Below, one piece after another: positions 1 through 12,006 of a DNA stretch of 64,000 bases (positions are counted from its first letter, which is position 1; each line of letters starts with the position of its first letter). This DNA comes from Balanoglossus misakiensis (taxonomy: Eukaryota > Animalia > Hemichordata): contig CM082578.2 in assembly GCA_040954595.2 (NCBI GenBank), positions 649,740-713,739 of the forward strand. Reading direction: 5' to 3'. Under the pieces are notes generated by a model. The model had not been told where the DNA came from, made no database searches, and saw nothing but the letters and a program-made list of their open reading frames with translations. A program made the position numbers and the translations under genes.

Positions 1-3000
1 ACAAACAGTCTCAGGAAGTAAGCTTTCAGCCTACCAATGTAGCTATTGTATTTTCCACTTTTTGTAAGTGAAGCCTGACTGTCGCCTGTCTTAGGTCACC
101 ACTTCATAAGCGGTCTTACCCGTCATTGGCACAAACAGTCTCAGGAAGTAAGCTTTCAGCCTACCAATGTAGCTATTGTATTTTCCACTTTTTGTAAGTG
201 AAGCCTGACTGTCGCCTGTCTTAGGTCACCACTTCATAAGTGTTCTTACCCGTCATTGGCACAAACAGTCTCAGGAAGTAAGCTTTCAGCCTACCAATGT
301 AGCTATTATATTTTCCACTTTTTGTAAGTGAAGCCTGACTGTCGCCTGTCTTAGGTCACCACTTCATAAGCGGTCTTACCCGTCATTGGCACATACAGTC
401 TCAGGAAGTTAGCTTTCAGCCTACCAATGTAGCTATTATATTTTCCACTTTTTGTAAGTGAAGCCTTACTGTCGCCTGTCTTAGGTCACCACTTCATAAG
501 CGGTCTTACCCGTCATTGGCACAAACAGTCTCAGGAAGTTAGCTTTCAGCCTACCAATGTAGCTATTATATTTTCCACTTTTTGTAAGTGAAGCCTGACT
601 GTCGCCTGTCTTAGGTCACCACTTCATAAGAGGTCTTACCCGTCATTGGCACAAACAGTCTCAGGAAGTAAGCTTTCAGCCTACCAATGTAGCTATTGTA
701 TTTTCAACTTTTTGTAAGTGAAGCCTGACTGTCGCCTGTCTTAGGTCACCACTTCATAAGAGGTCTTACCCGTCATTGGCACAAACAGACAGGAAATAAG
801 CTTTCAGCCTACCAATGTAGCTATTGTATTTTCCACTTTTTGTAAGTGAAGCCTGACTGTCGCCTGTCTTAGGTCACCACTTCATAAGAGGTCTTACCCG
901 TCATTGGCACAAACAGTCTCAGGAAGTAAGCTTTCAGCCTACCAATGTAGCTATTATATTTTCCACTTTTTGTAAGTGAAGCCTGACTGTCGCCTGTCTT
1001 AGGTCACCACTTCATAAGCGGTCTTACCCGTCATTGGCACAAACAGTCTCAGGAAGTAAGCTTTCAGCCTACCAATGTAGCTATTGTATTTTCCACTTTT
1101 TGTAAGTGAAGCCTGACTGTCGCCTGTCTTAGGTCACCACTTCATAAGCGGTCTTACCCGTCATTGGCACAAACAGTCTCAGGAAGTAAGCTTTCAGCCT
1201 ACCAATGTAGCTATTGTATTTTCCACTTTTTGTAAGTGAAGCCTGACTGTCGCCTGTCTTAGGTCACCACTTCATAAGAGGTCTTACCCGTCATTGGCAC
1301 AAACAGTCTCAGGAAGTAAGCTTTCAGCCTACCAATGTAGGTATTATATTTTCCACTTTTTGTAAGTGAAGCCTGACTGTCGCCTGTCTTAGGTCACCAC
1401 TTCATAAGAGGTCTTACCCGTCATTGGCACAAACAGACAGGAAGTAAGCTTTCAGCCTACCAATGTAGCTTTTGTATTTTCAACTGTTTGTAAGTGAAGC
1501 CTGACTGTCGCCTGTCTTAGGTCACCACTTCATAAGAGGTCTTACCCGTCATTGGCACAAACAGTCTCAGGAAGTAAGCTTTCAGCCTACCAATGTAGCT
1601 ATTATATTTTCCACTTTTTGTAAGTGAAGCCTGACTGTCGCCTGTCTTAGGTCACCACTTCATAAGCGGTCTTACCCGTCATTGGCACAAACAGTCTCAG
1701 GAAGTAAGCTTTCAGCCTACCAATGTAGCTATTGTATTTTCCACTTTTTGTAAGTGAAGCCTGACTGTCGCCTGTCTTAGGTCACCACTTCATAAGCGGT
1801 CTTACCCGTCATTGGCACAAACAGTCTCAGGAAGTAAGCTTTCAGCCAACCAATGTAGCTATTGTATTTTCCACTTTTTGTAAGTGAAGCCTGACTGTCG
1901 CCTGTCTTAGGTCACCACTTCATAAGTGTTCTTACCCGTCATTGGCACAAACAGTCTCAGGAAGTAAGCTTTCAGCCTACCAATGTAGCTATTATATTTT
2001 CCACTTTTTGTAAGTGAAGCCTGACTGTCGCCTGTCTTAGGTCACCACTTCATAAGCGGTCTTACCCGTCATTGGCACATACAGTCTCAGGAAGTTAGCT
2101 TTCAGCCTACCAATGTAGCTATTATATTTTCCACTTTTTGTAAGTGAAGCCTTACTGTCGCCTGTCTTAGGTTACCACTTCATAAGAGGTCTTACCCGTC
2201 ATTGGCACAAACAGTCTCAGGAAGTAAGCTTTCAGCCTACCAATGTAGCTATTGTATTTTCCACTTTTTGTAAGTGAAGCCTGACTGTCGCCTGTCTTAG
2301 GTCACCACTTCATAAGAGGTCTTACCCGTCATTGGCACAAACAGTCTCAGGAAGTAAGCTTTCAGCCTACCAATGTAGCTATTAAATTTTTTACTTTTTG
2401 TAAGTGAAGCCTGACTGTCGCCTGTCTTAGGTCACCACTTCATAAGCGGTCTTACCCGTCATAGGCACAAACAGTCTCAGGAAGTAAGCTTTCAGCCTAC
2501 CAATGTAGCTATTGTATTTTCCACTTTTTGTAAGTGAAGCCTGACTGTCGCCTGTCTTAGGTCACCACTTCATAAGCGGTCTTACCCGTCATTGGCACAA
2601 ACAGTCTCAGGAAGTAAGCTTTCAGCCTACCAATGTAGCTATTATATTTTCCACTTTTTGTAAGTGAAGCCTGACTGTCGCCTGTCTTAGGTCACCACTT
2701 CATAAGTGGTCTTACCCGTCATTGGCACAAACAGTCTCAGGAAGTAAGCTTTCAGCCTACCAATGTAGCTATTGTATTTTCCACTTTTTGTAAGTGAAGC
2801 CTGACTGTCGCCTGTCTTAGGTCACCACTTCATAAGCGGTCTTACCCGTCATAGGCACAAACAGTCTCAGGAAGTAAGCTTTCAGCCTACCAATGTAGCT
2901 ATTATATTTTCCACTTTTTGTAAGTGAAGCCTGACTGTCGCCTGTCTTAGGTCACCACTTCATAAGAGGTCTTACCCGTCATTGGCACAAACAGTCTCAG

Positions 3001-6000
3001 GAAGTAAGCTTTCAGCCTACCAATGTAGCTATTGTATTTTCAACTTTTTGTAAGTGAAGCCTGACTGTCGCCTGTCTTAGGTCACCACTTCATAAGAGGT
3101 CTTACTCGTCATTGGCACAAACAGACTCAGGACGTAAGCTTTCAGCCTACCAATGTAGCTATTGTATTTTCCACTTTTTGTAAGTGAAGTCTGACTGTCG
3201 CCTGTTTTAGGTCACCACTTCATAAGAGGTCCTACCCGTCATTGGCACAAACAGTCTCAGGAAGTAAGCTTTCAGCCTACCAATGTAGCTATTGTATTTT
3301 CAACTTTTTGTAAGTGAAGCCTGACTGTCGCCTGTCTTAGGTCACCACTTCATAAGAGGTCTTACTCGTCATTGGCACAAACAGACTCAGGACGTAAGCT
3401 TTCAGCCTACCAATGTAGCTATTGTATTTTCCACTTTTTGTAAGTGAAGTCTGACTGTCGCCTGTTTTAGGTCACCACTTCATAAGAGGTCCTACCCGTC
3501 ATTGGCACAAACAGTCTCAGGAAGTAAGCTTTGAGCCTACCAATGTAGCTATTGTATTTTCCACTTTTTGTAAGTGAAGCCTGACTGTCACCTGTCTTAG
3601 GTCACCACTTCATAAGAGGTCTTACCCGTCATTGGCACAAACAGTCTCAGGAAGTAAGCTTTCAGCCTACCAATGTAGCTATTATATTTTCCACTTTTTG
3701 TAAGTGAAGCCTGACTGTCGCCTGTCTTAGGTCACCACTTCATAAGCGGTCTTACCCGTCATTGGCACAAACAGTCTCAGGAAGTAAGCTTTCAGCCTAC
3801 CAATGTAGCTATTATATTTTCCACTTTTTGTAAGTGAAGCCTGACTGTCGCCTGTCTTAGGTCACCACTTCATAAGCGGTCTTACCCGTCATTGGCACAA
3901 ACAGTCTCAGGAAGTAAGCTTTCAGCCTACCAATGTAGCTATTATATTTTCCACTTTTTGTAAGTGAAGCCTGACTGTTGCCTGTCTTAGGTCACCACTC
4001 CATAAGTGTTCTTTCCCGTCATTGGCACAAACAGTCTCAGGAAGTAAGCTTTCAACCTACCAATTTAGCTATTATATTTTCCACTTTTTGTAAGTGAAGC
4101 CTGACTGTCGCCTGTCTTAGGTCACCACTTCATAAGAGGTCTTACCCGTCATTGGCACAAACAGTCTCAGGAAGTAAGCTTTCAGCCTACCAATGTAGCT
4201 ATTATATTTTCCACTTTTTGTAAGTGAAGCCTGACTGTCGCCTGTCTTAGGTCACCACTTCATAAGCGGTCTTACCCGTCATTGGCACAAACAGTCTCAG
4301 GAAGTAAGCTTTCAGCCTACCAATGTAGCTATTGTATTTTCCACTTTTTGTAAGTGAAGCCTGACTGTCGCCTGTCTTAGGTCACCACTTCATAAGCGGT
4401 CTTACCCGTCATTGGCACAAACAGTCTCAGGAAGTAAGCTTTCAGCCTACCAATGTAGCTATTGTATTTTCCACTTTTTGTAAGTGAAGCCTGACTGTCG
4501 CCTGTCTTAGGTCACCTCTTCATAAGTGTTCTTACCCGTCATTGGCACAAACAGTCTCAGGAAGTAAGCTTTCAGCCTACCAATGTAGCTATTATATTTT
4601 CCACTTTTTGTAAGTGAAGCCTGACTGTCGCCTGTCTTAGGTCACCACTTAGTAAGCGGTCTTACCCGTCATTGGCACATACAGTCTCAGGAAGTTAGCT
4701 TTCAGCCTACCAATGTAGCTATTATATTTTCCACTTTTTGTAAGTGAAGCCTTACTGTCGCCTGTCTTAGGTCACCACTTCATAAGAGGTCTTACCCATC
4801 ATTGGCACAAACAGTCTCAGGAAGTAAGCTTTCAGCCTACCAATGTAGCTATTGTATTTTCAACTTTTTGTAAGTGAAGCCTGACTGTCGCCTGTCTTAG
4901 GTCACCACTTCATAAGAGGTCTTACCCGTCATTGGCACAAACAGACAGGAAGTAAGCTTTCAGCCTACCAATGTAGCTTTTGTATTTTCAACTGTTTGTA
5001 AGTGAAGCCTGACTGTCGCCTGTCTTAGGTCACCACTTCATAAGCGGTCTTACCCGTCATTGGCACAAACAGTCTCAGGAAGTAAGCTTTCAGCCTACCA
5101 ATGTAGCTATTGTATTTTCCACTTTTTGTAAGTGAAGCCTGCCTGTTGCCTGTCTTAGGTCACCACTTCATAAGTGTTCTTACCCGTCATTGGCACAAAC
5201 AGTCTCAGGAAGTAAGCTTTCAGCCTACCAATGTAGCTATTATATTTTCCACTTTTTGTAAGTGAAGCCTGACTGTCGCCTGTCTTAGGTCACCACTTCA
5301 TAAGCGGTCTTACCCGTCATTGGCACAAACAGTCTCAGGAAGTTAGCTTTCAGCCTACCAATGTAGCTATTATATTTTCCACTTTTTGTAAGTGAAGCCT
5401 GACTGTCGCCTGTCTTAGGTCACCACTTCATAAGAGGTCTTACCCGTCATTGGCACAAACAGTCTCAGGAAGTAAGCTTTCAGCCTACCAATGTAGCTAT
5501 TGTATTTTCAACTTTTTGTAAGTGAAGCCTGACTGTCGCCTGTCTTAGGTCACCACTTCATAAGAGGTCTTACCCGTCATTGGCACAAACAGACAGGAAA
5601 TAAGCTTTCAGCCTACCAATGTAGCTATTGTATTTTCCACTTTTTGTAAGTGAAGCCTGACTGTCGCCTGTCTTAGGTCACCACTTCATAAGAGGTCTTA
5701 CCCGTCATTGGCACAAACAGTCTCAGGAAGTAAGCTTTCAGCCTACCAATGTAGCTATTATATTTTCCACTTTTTGTAAGTGAAGCCTGACTGTCGCCTG
5801 TCTTAGGTCACCACTTCATAAGCGGTCTTACCCGTCATTGGCACAAACAGTCTCAGGAAGTAAGCTTTCAGCCTACCAATGTAGCTATTGTATTTTCCAC
5901 TTTTTGTAAGTGAAGCCTGACTGTCGCCTGTCTTAGGTCACCACTTCATAAGCGGTCTTACCCGTCATTGGCACAAACAGTCTCAGGAAGTAAGCTTTCA

Positions 6001-9000
6001 GCCTACCAATGTAGCTATTGTATTTTCCACTTTTTGTAAGTGAAGCCTGACTGTCGCCTGTCTTAGGTCACCACTTCATAAGAGGTCTTACCCGTCATTG
6101 GCACAAACAGTCTCAGGAAGTAAGCTTTCAGCCTACCAATGTAGCTATTATATTTTCCACTTTTTGTAAGTGAAGCCTGACTGTCGCCTGTCTTAGGTCA
6201 CCACTTCATAAGAGGTCTTACCCGTCATTGGCACAAACAGACAGGAAGTAAGCTTTCAGCCTACCAATGTAGCTTTTGTATTTTCAACTGTTTGTAAGTG
6301 AAGCCTGACTGTCGCCTGTCTTAGGTCACCACTTCATAAGAGGTCTTACCCGTCATTGGCACAAACAGTCTCAGGAAGTAAGCTTTCAGCCTACCAATGT
6401 AGCTATTATATTTTCCACTTTTTGTAAGTGAAGCCTGACTGTCGCCTGTCTTAGGTCACCACTTCATAAGCGGTCTTACCCGTCATTGGCACAAACAGTC
6501 TCAGGAAGTAAGCTTTCAGCCTACCAATGTAGCTATTGTATTTTCCACTTTTTGTAAGTGAAGCCTGACTGTCGCCTGTCTTAGGTCACCACTTCATAAG
6601 CGGTCTTACCCGTCATTGGCACAAACAGTCTCAGGAAGTAAGCTTTCAGCCTACCAATGTAGCTATTGTATTTTCCACTTTTTGTAAGTGAAGCCTGACT
6701 GTCGCCTGTCTTAGGTCACCACTTCATAAGTGTTCTTACCCGTCATTGGCACAAACAGTCTCAGGAAGTAAGCTTTCAGCCTACCAATGTAGCTATTATA
6801 TTTTCCACTTTTTGTAAGTGAAGCCTGACTGTCGCCTGTCTTAGGTCACCACTTCATAAGCGGTCTTACCCGTCATTGGCACATACAGTCTCAGGAAGTT
6901 AGCTTTCAGCCTACCAATGTAGCTATTATATTTTCCACTTTTTGTAAGTGAAGCCTGACTGTCGCCTGTCTTAGGTTACCACTTCATAAGAGGTCTTACC
7001 CGTCATTGGCACAAACAGTCTCAGGAAGTAAGCTTTCAGCCTACCAATGTAGCTATTGTATTTTCAACTTTTTGTAAGTGAAGCCTGACTGTCGCCTGTC
7101 TTAGGTCACCACTTCATAAGAGGTCTTACCCGTCATTGGCACAAACAGACAGGAAGTAAGCTTTCAGCCTACCAATGTAGCTTTTGTATTTTCAACTGTT
7201 TGTAAGTGAAGCCTGACTGTCGCCTGTCTTAGGTCACCACTTCATAAGCGGTCTTACCCGTCATTGGCACAAACAGTCTCAGGAAGTAAGCTTTCAGCCT
7301 ACCAATGTAGCTATTGTATTTTCCACTTTTTGTAAGTGAAGCCTGACTGTTGCCTGTCTTAGGTCACCACTTCATAAGTGTTCTTACCCGTCATTGGCAC
7401 AAACAGTCTCAGGAAGTAAGCTTTCAGCCTACCAATGTAGCTATTATATTTTCCACTTTTTGTAAGTGAAGCCTGACTGTCGCCTGTCTTAGGTCACCAC
7501 TTCATAAGCGGTCTTACCCGTCATTGGCACAAACAGTCTCAGGAAGTTAGCTTTCAGCCTACCAATGTAGCTATTATATTTTCCACTTTTTGTAAGTGAA
7601 GCCTGACTGTCGCCTGTCTTAGGTCACCACTTCATAAGAGGTCTTACCCGTCATTGGCACAAACAGTCTCAGGAAGTAAGCTTTCAGCCTACCAATGTAG
7701 CTATTGTATTTTCAACTTTTTGTAAGTGAAGCCTGACTGTCGCCTGTCTTAGGTCACCACTTCATAAGAGGTCTTACCCGTCATTGGCACAAACAGACAG
7801 GAAATAAGCTTTCAGCCTACCAATGTAGCTATTGTATTTTCCACTTTTTGTAAGTGAAGTCTGACTGTCGCCTGTCTTAGGTCACCACTTCATAAGAGGT
7901 CTTACCCGTCATTGGCACAAACAGTCTCAGGAAGTAAGCTTTCAGCCTACCAATGTAGCTATTATATTTTCCACTTTTTGTAAGTGAAGCCTGACTGTCG
8001 CCTGTCTTAGGTCACCACTTCATAAGCGGTCTTACCCGTCATTGGCACAAACAGTCTCAGGAAGTAAGCTTTCAGCCTACCAATGTAGCTATTGTATTTT
8101 CCACTTTTTGTAAGTGAAGCCTGACTGTCGGCTGTCTTAGGTCACCACTTCATAAGCGGTCTTACCCGTCATTGGCACAAACAGTCTCAGGAAGTAAGCT
8201 TTCAGCCTACCAATGTAGCTATTGTATTTTCCACTTTTTGTAAGTGAAGCCTGACTGTCGCCTGTCTTAGGTCACCACTTCATAAGTGTTCTTACCCGTC
8301 ATTGGCACAAACAGTCTCAGGAAGTAAGCTTTCAGCCTACCAATGTAGCTATTATATTTTCCACTTTTTGTAAGTGAAGCCTGACTGTCGCCTGTCTTAG
8401 GTCACCACTTCATAAGCGGTCTTACCCGTCATTGGCACAAACAGTCTCAGGAAGTTAGCTTTCAGCCTACCAATGTAGCTATTATATTTTCCACTTTTTG
8501 TAAGTGAAGCCTGACTGTCGCCTGTCTTAGGTCACCACTTCATAAGAGGTCTTACCCGTCATTGGCACAAACAGTCTCAGGAAGTAAGCTTTCAGCCTAC
8601 CAATGTAGCTATTGTATTTTCAACTTTTTGTAAGTGAAGCCTGACTGTCGCCTGTCTTAGGTCACCACTTCATAAGAGGTCTTACCCGTCATTGGCACAA
8701 ACAGACAGGAAATAAGCTTTCAGCCTACCAATGTAGCTATTGTATTTTCCACTTTTTGTAAGTGAAGCCTGACTGTCGCCTGTCTTAGGTCACCACTTCA
8801 TAAGATGTCTTACCCGTCATTGGCACAAACAGTCTCAGGAAGTAAGCTTTCAGCCTACCAATGTAGCTATTATATTTTCCACTTTTTGTAAGTGAAGCCT
8901 GACTGTCGCCTGTCTTAGGTCACCACTTCATAAGCGGTCTTACCCGTCATTGGCACAAACAGTCTAAGGAAGTAAGCTTTCAGCCTACCAATGTAGCTAT

Positions 9001-11525
9001 TGTATTTTCCACTTTTTGTAAGTGAAGCCTGACTGTCGCCTGTCTTAGGTCACCACTTCATAAGCGGTCTTACCCGTCATTGGCACAAACAGTCTCAGGA
9101 AGTAAGCTTTCAGCCTACCAATGTAGCTATTGTATTTTCCACTTTTTGTAAGTGAAGCCTGACTGTCGCCTGTCTTAGGTCACCACTTCATAAGAGGTCT
9201 TACCCGTCATTGGCACAAACAGTCTCAGGAAGTAAGCTTTCAGCCTACCAATGTAGCTATTATATTTTCCACTTTTTGTAAGTGAAGCCTGACTGTCGCC
9301 TGTCTTAGGTCACCACTTCATAAGAGGTCTTACCCGTCATTGGCACAAACAGACAGGAAGTAAGCTTTCAGCCTACCAATGTAGCTTTTGTATTTTCAAC
9401 TGTTTGTAAGTGAAGCCTGACTGTCGCCTGTCTTAGGTCACCACTTCATAAGAGGTCTTACCCGTCATTGGCACAAACAGTCTCAGGAAGTAAGCTTTCA
9501 GCCTACCAATGTAGCTATTATATTTTCCACTTTTTGTAAGTGAAGCCTGACTGTCGCCTGTCTTAGGTCACCACTTCATAAGCGGTCTTACCCGTCATTG
9601 GCACAAGCAGTCTCAGGAAGTAAGCTTTCAGCCTACCAATGTAGCTATTGTATTTTCCACTTTTTGTAAGTGAAGCCTGACTGTCGCCTGTCTTAGGTCA
9701 CCACTTCATAAGCGGTCTTACCCGTCATTGGTACAAACAGTCTCAGGAAGTAAGCTTTCAGCCTACCAATGTAGCTATTGTATTTTCCACTTTTTGTAAG
9801 TGAAGCCTGACTGTCGCCTGTCTTAGGTCACCACTTCATAAGTGTTCTTACCCGTCATTGGCACAAACAGTCTCAGGAAGTAAGCTTTCAGCCTACCAAT
9901 GTAGCTATTATATTTTCCACTTTTTGTAAGTGAAGCCTGACTGTCGCCTGTCTTAGGTCACCACTTCATAAGCGGTCTTACCCGTCATTGGCACATACAG
10001 TCTCAGGAAGTTAGCTTTCAGCCTACCAATGTAGCTATTATATTTTCCACTTTTTGTAAGTGAAGCCTTACTGTCGCCTGTCTTAGGTTACCACTTCATA
10101 AGAGGTCTTACCCGTCATTGGCACAAACAGTCTCAGGAAGTAAGCTTTCAGCCTACCAATGTAGCTATTGTATTTTCAACTTTTTGTAAGTGAAGCCTGA
10201 CTGTCGCCTGTCTTAGGTCACCACTTCATAAGAGGTCTTACCCGTCATTGGCACAAACAGACAGGAAGTAAGCTTTCAGCCTACCAATGTAGCTTTTGTA
10301 TTTTCAACTGTTTGTAAGTAAAGCCTGACTGTCGCCTGTCTTAGGTCACCACTTCATAAGCGGTCTTACCCGTCATTGGCACAAACAGTCTCAGGAAGTA
10401 AGCTTTCAGCCTACCAATGTAGCTATTGTATTTTCCACTTTTTGTAAGTGAAGCCTGACTGTTGCCTGTCTTAGGTCACCACTTCATAAGTGTTCTTACC
10501 CGTCATTGGCACAAACAGTCTCAGGAAGTAAGCTTTCAGCCTACCAATGTAGCTATTATATTTTCCACTTTTTGTAAGTGAAGCCTGACTGTCGCCTGTC
10601 TTAGGTCACCACTTCATAAGCGGTCTTACCCGTCATTGGCACAAACAGTCTCAGGAAGTTAGCTTTCAGCCTACCAATGTAGCTATTATATTTTCCACTT
10701 TTTGTAAGTGAAGCCTGACTGTCGCCTGTCTTAGGTCACCACTTCATAAGAGGTCTTACCCGTCATTGGCACAAACAGTCTCAGGAAGTAAGCTTTCAGC
10801 CTACCAATGTAGCTATTGTATTTTCAACTTTTTGTAAGTGAAGCCTGACTGTCGCCTGTCTTAGGTCACCACTTCATAAGAGGTCTTACCCGTCATTGGC
10901 ACAAACAGACAGGAAATAAGCTTTCAGCCTACCAATGTAGCTATTGTATTTTCCACTTTTTGTAAGTGAAGTCTGACTGTCGCCTGTCTTAGGTCACCAC
11001 TTCATAAGAGGTCTTACCCGTCATTGGCACAAACAGTCTCAGGAAGTAAGCTTTCAGCCTACCAATGTAGCTATTATATTTTCCTCTTTTTGTAAGTGAA
11101 GCCTGACTGTCGCCTGTCTTAGGTCACCACTTCATAAGCGGTCTTACCCGTCATTGGCACAAACAGTCTCAGGAAGTAAGCTTTCAGCCTACCAATGTAG
11201 CTATTGTATTTTCCACTTTTTGTAAGTGAAGCCTGACTGTCGGCTGTCTTAGGTCACCACTTCATAAGCGGTCTTACCCGTCATTGGCACAAACAGTCTC
11301 AGGAAGTAAGCTTTCAGCCTACCAATGTAGCTATTGTATTTTCCACTTTTTGTAAGTGAAGCCTGACTGTCGCCTGTCTTAGGTCACCACTTCATAAGTG
11401 TTCTTACCCGTCATTGGCACAAACAGTCTCAGGAAGTAAGCTTTCAGCCTACCAATGTAGCTATTATATTTTCCACTTTTTGTAAGTGAAGCCTGACTGT
11501 CGCCTGTCTTAGGTCACCACTTCAT
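1..11525 (+). repeat. 130-bp tandem satellite array, segment 1 (~89 monomers; runs off the window start)
   Basis: Monomer ACAAACAGTCTCAGGAAGTAAGCTTTCAGCCTACCAATGTAGCTATTRTATTTTCCACTTTTTGTAAGTGAAGCCTGACTGTCGCCTGTCTTAGGTCACCACTTCATAAGMGGTCTTACCCGTCATTGGC repeats at 1, 131, 261 and onward. Most monomers carry one HindIII site (AAGCTT). 128-bp variants (ACAGACAGG) are interspersed. Confidence 0.99.
5585..11525 (+). repeat. Higher-order repeat, 24-mer (3112 bp), about 2 copies, built from alternating 5- and 7-monomer subunits
   Basis: Diagnostic 128-bp monomers recur at a 3112-bp offset: 5585/8697, 6233/9345, 7141/10253 and 7789/10901. The CGGCTGTC variant sits at ~8129 and ~11241. 3112 = 24x130 - 4x2. 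Confidence 0.88.
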
Positions 11526-12006
11526 GAAACAGTATAGAAAACATTTTCCAATTTCCGAAAAGTAGCCGTTTTTTAAACTTTTTTCAAGGAAATTAGTGTT
11601 TTGTTCACAGTACAATATATTTCGATATTTTTCTATGATTATTTTCAAGATGTTTGCGAGTGTGCAGAAAGAAAAGAATAAACTGTGAAATTTCCATAGA
11701 AATAATGAAGGAGCCATCTTTAGGTTGTATGGATTTGAATATTTCATTGAAAAAAACTAATAACTAAATTATGAATTCAATTAATAGTACAATTTGCAAA
11801 AAATTGCTAGTCACTCCAGAAGGGTCAGTGCTTGGAAATGTGAGAGCCTGGAAATTTCCAAGCACTGACAAGGGTCAGTGGTCGGAAATTTCCAGACACT
11901 CAGGGAATGTGAGAGCCTGGAAATTTCCAAGCACTGACAAGGGTCAGTGGTCGGAAATTTCCAGACACTCAGGGAATGTGAGAGCTTAGAAATTTCCAAG
12001 CACTGA
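11526..12006. other. 481-bp non-satellite insert (AT-rich unique part plus palindromic minisatellite), no target-site duplication
   Basis: The satellite stops at ...CACTTCAT (11525) and resumes at AGGAAGTAAGC (12007), skipping 35 bp of monomer phase. The intervening sequence is unrelated to the monomer. Confidence 0.93.
11825..12006. repeat. 69-bp palindromic tandem repeat (~2.5 copies) bounded by 15-bp inverted repeats
   Basis: AATGTGAGAG starts at 11837, 11906 and 11975 (period 69). Each unit has 29-bp inverted arms (25/29 complementary) around an AAGG loop. TCAGTGCTTGGAAAT (11825-11839) is the reverse complement of ATTTCCAAGCACTGA (11992-12006). Confidence 0.92.

Noticed and set aside
1-130. 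Monomer as a tandem RNA gene (5S rRNA, tRNA, snRNA/SL RNA) or hammerhead-ribozyme satellite
   Set aside because: I see no recognisable 5S or tRNA sequence and no CTGANGA hammerhead core on either strand of the consensus. An Rfam/Infernal search was not run and would be the definitive test.
115-135. CENP-B box around CCCG
   Set aside because: It does not match TTCG....A..CGGG on either strand.
11514-11999. Short ORFs 11514..11747(-), 11771..11989(+) and 11811..11999(-)
   Set aside because: They are short and show no recognisable domains. Two of them merely translate the 69-bp (23-codon) palindromic repeat.
11526-12006. Insert as a Helitron or a complete TIR transposon
   Set aside because: The minus strand starts with TC but has no CTRR end or A|T target. 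The inverted repeats bound only the 182-bp sub-block, there is no TSD, and array sequence is deleted at the site.
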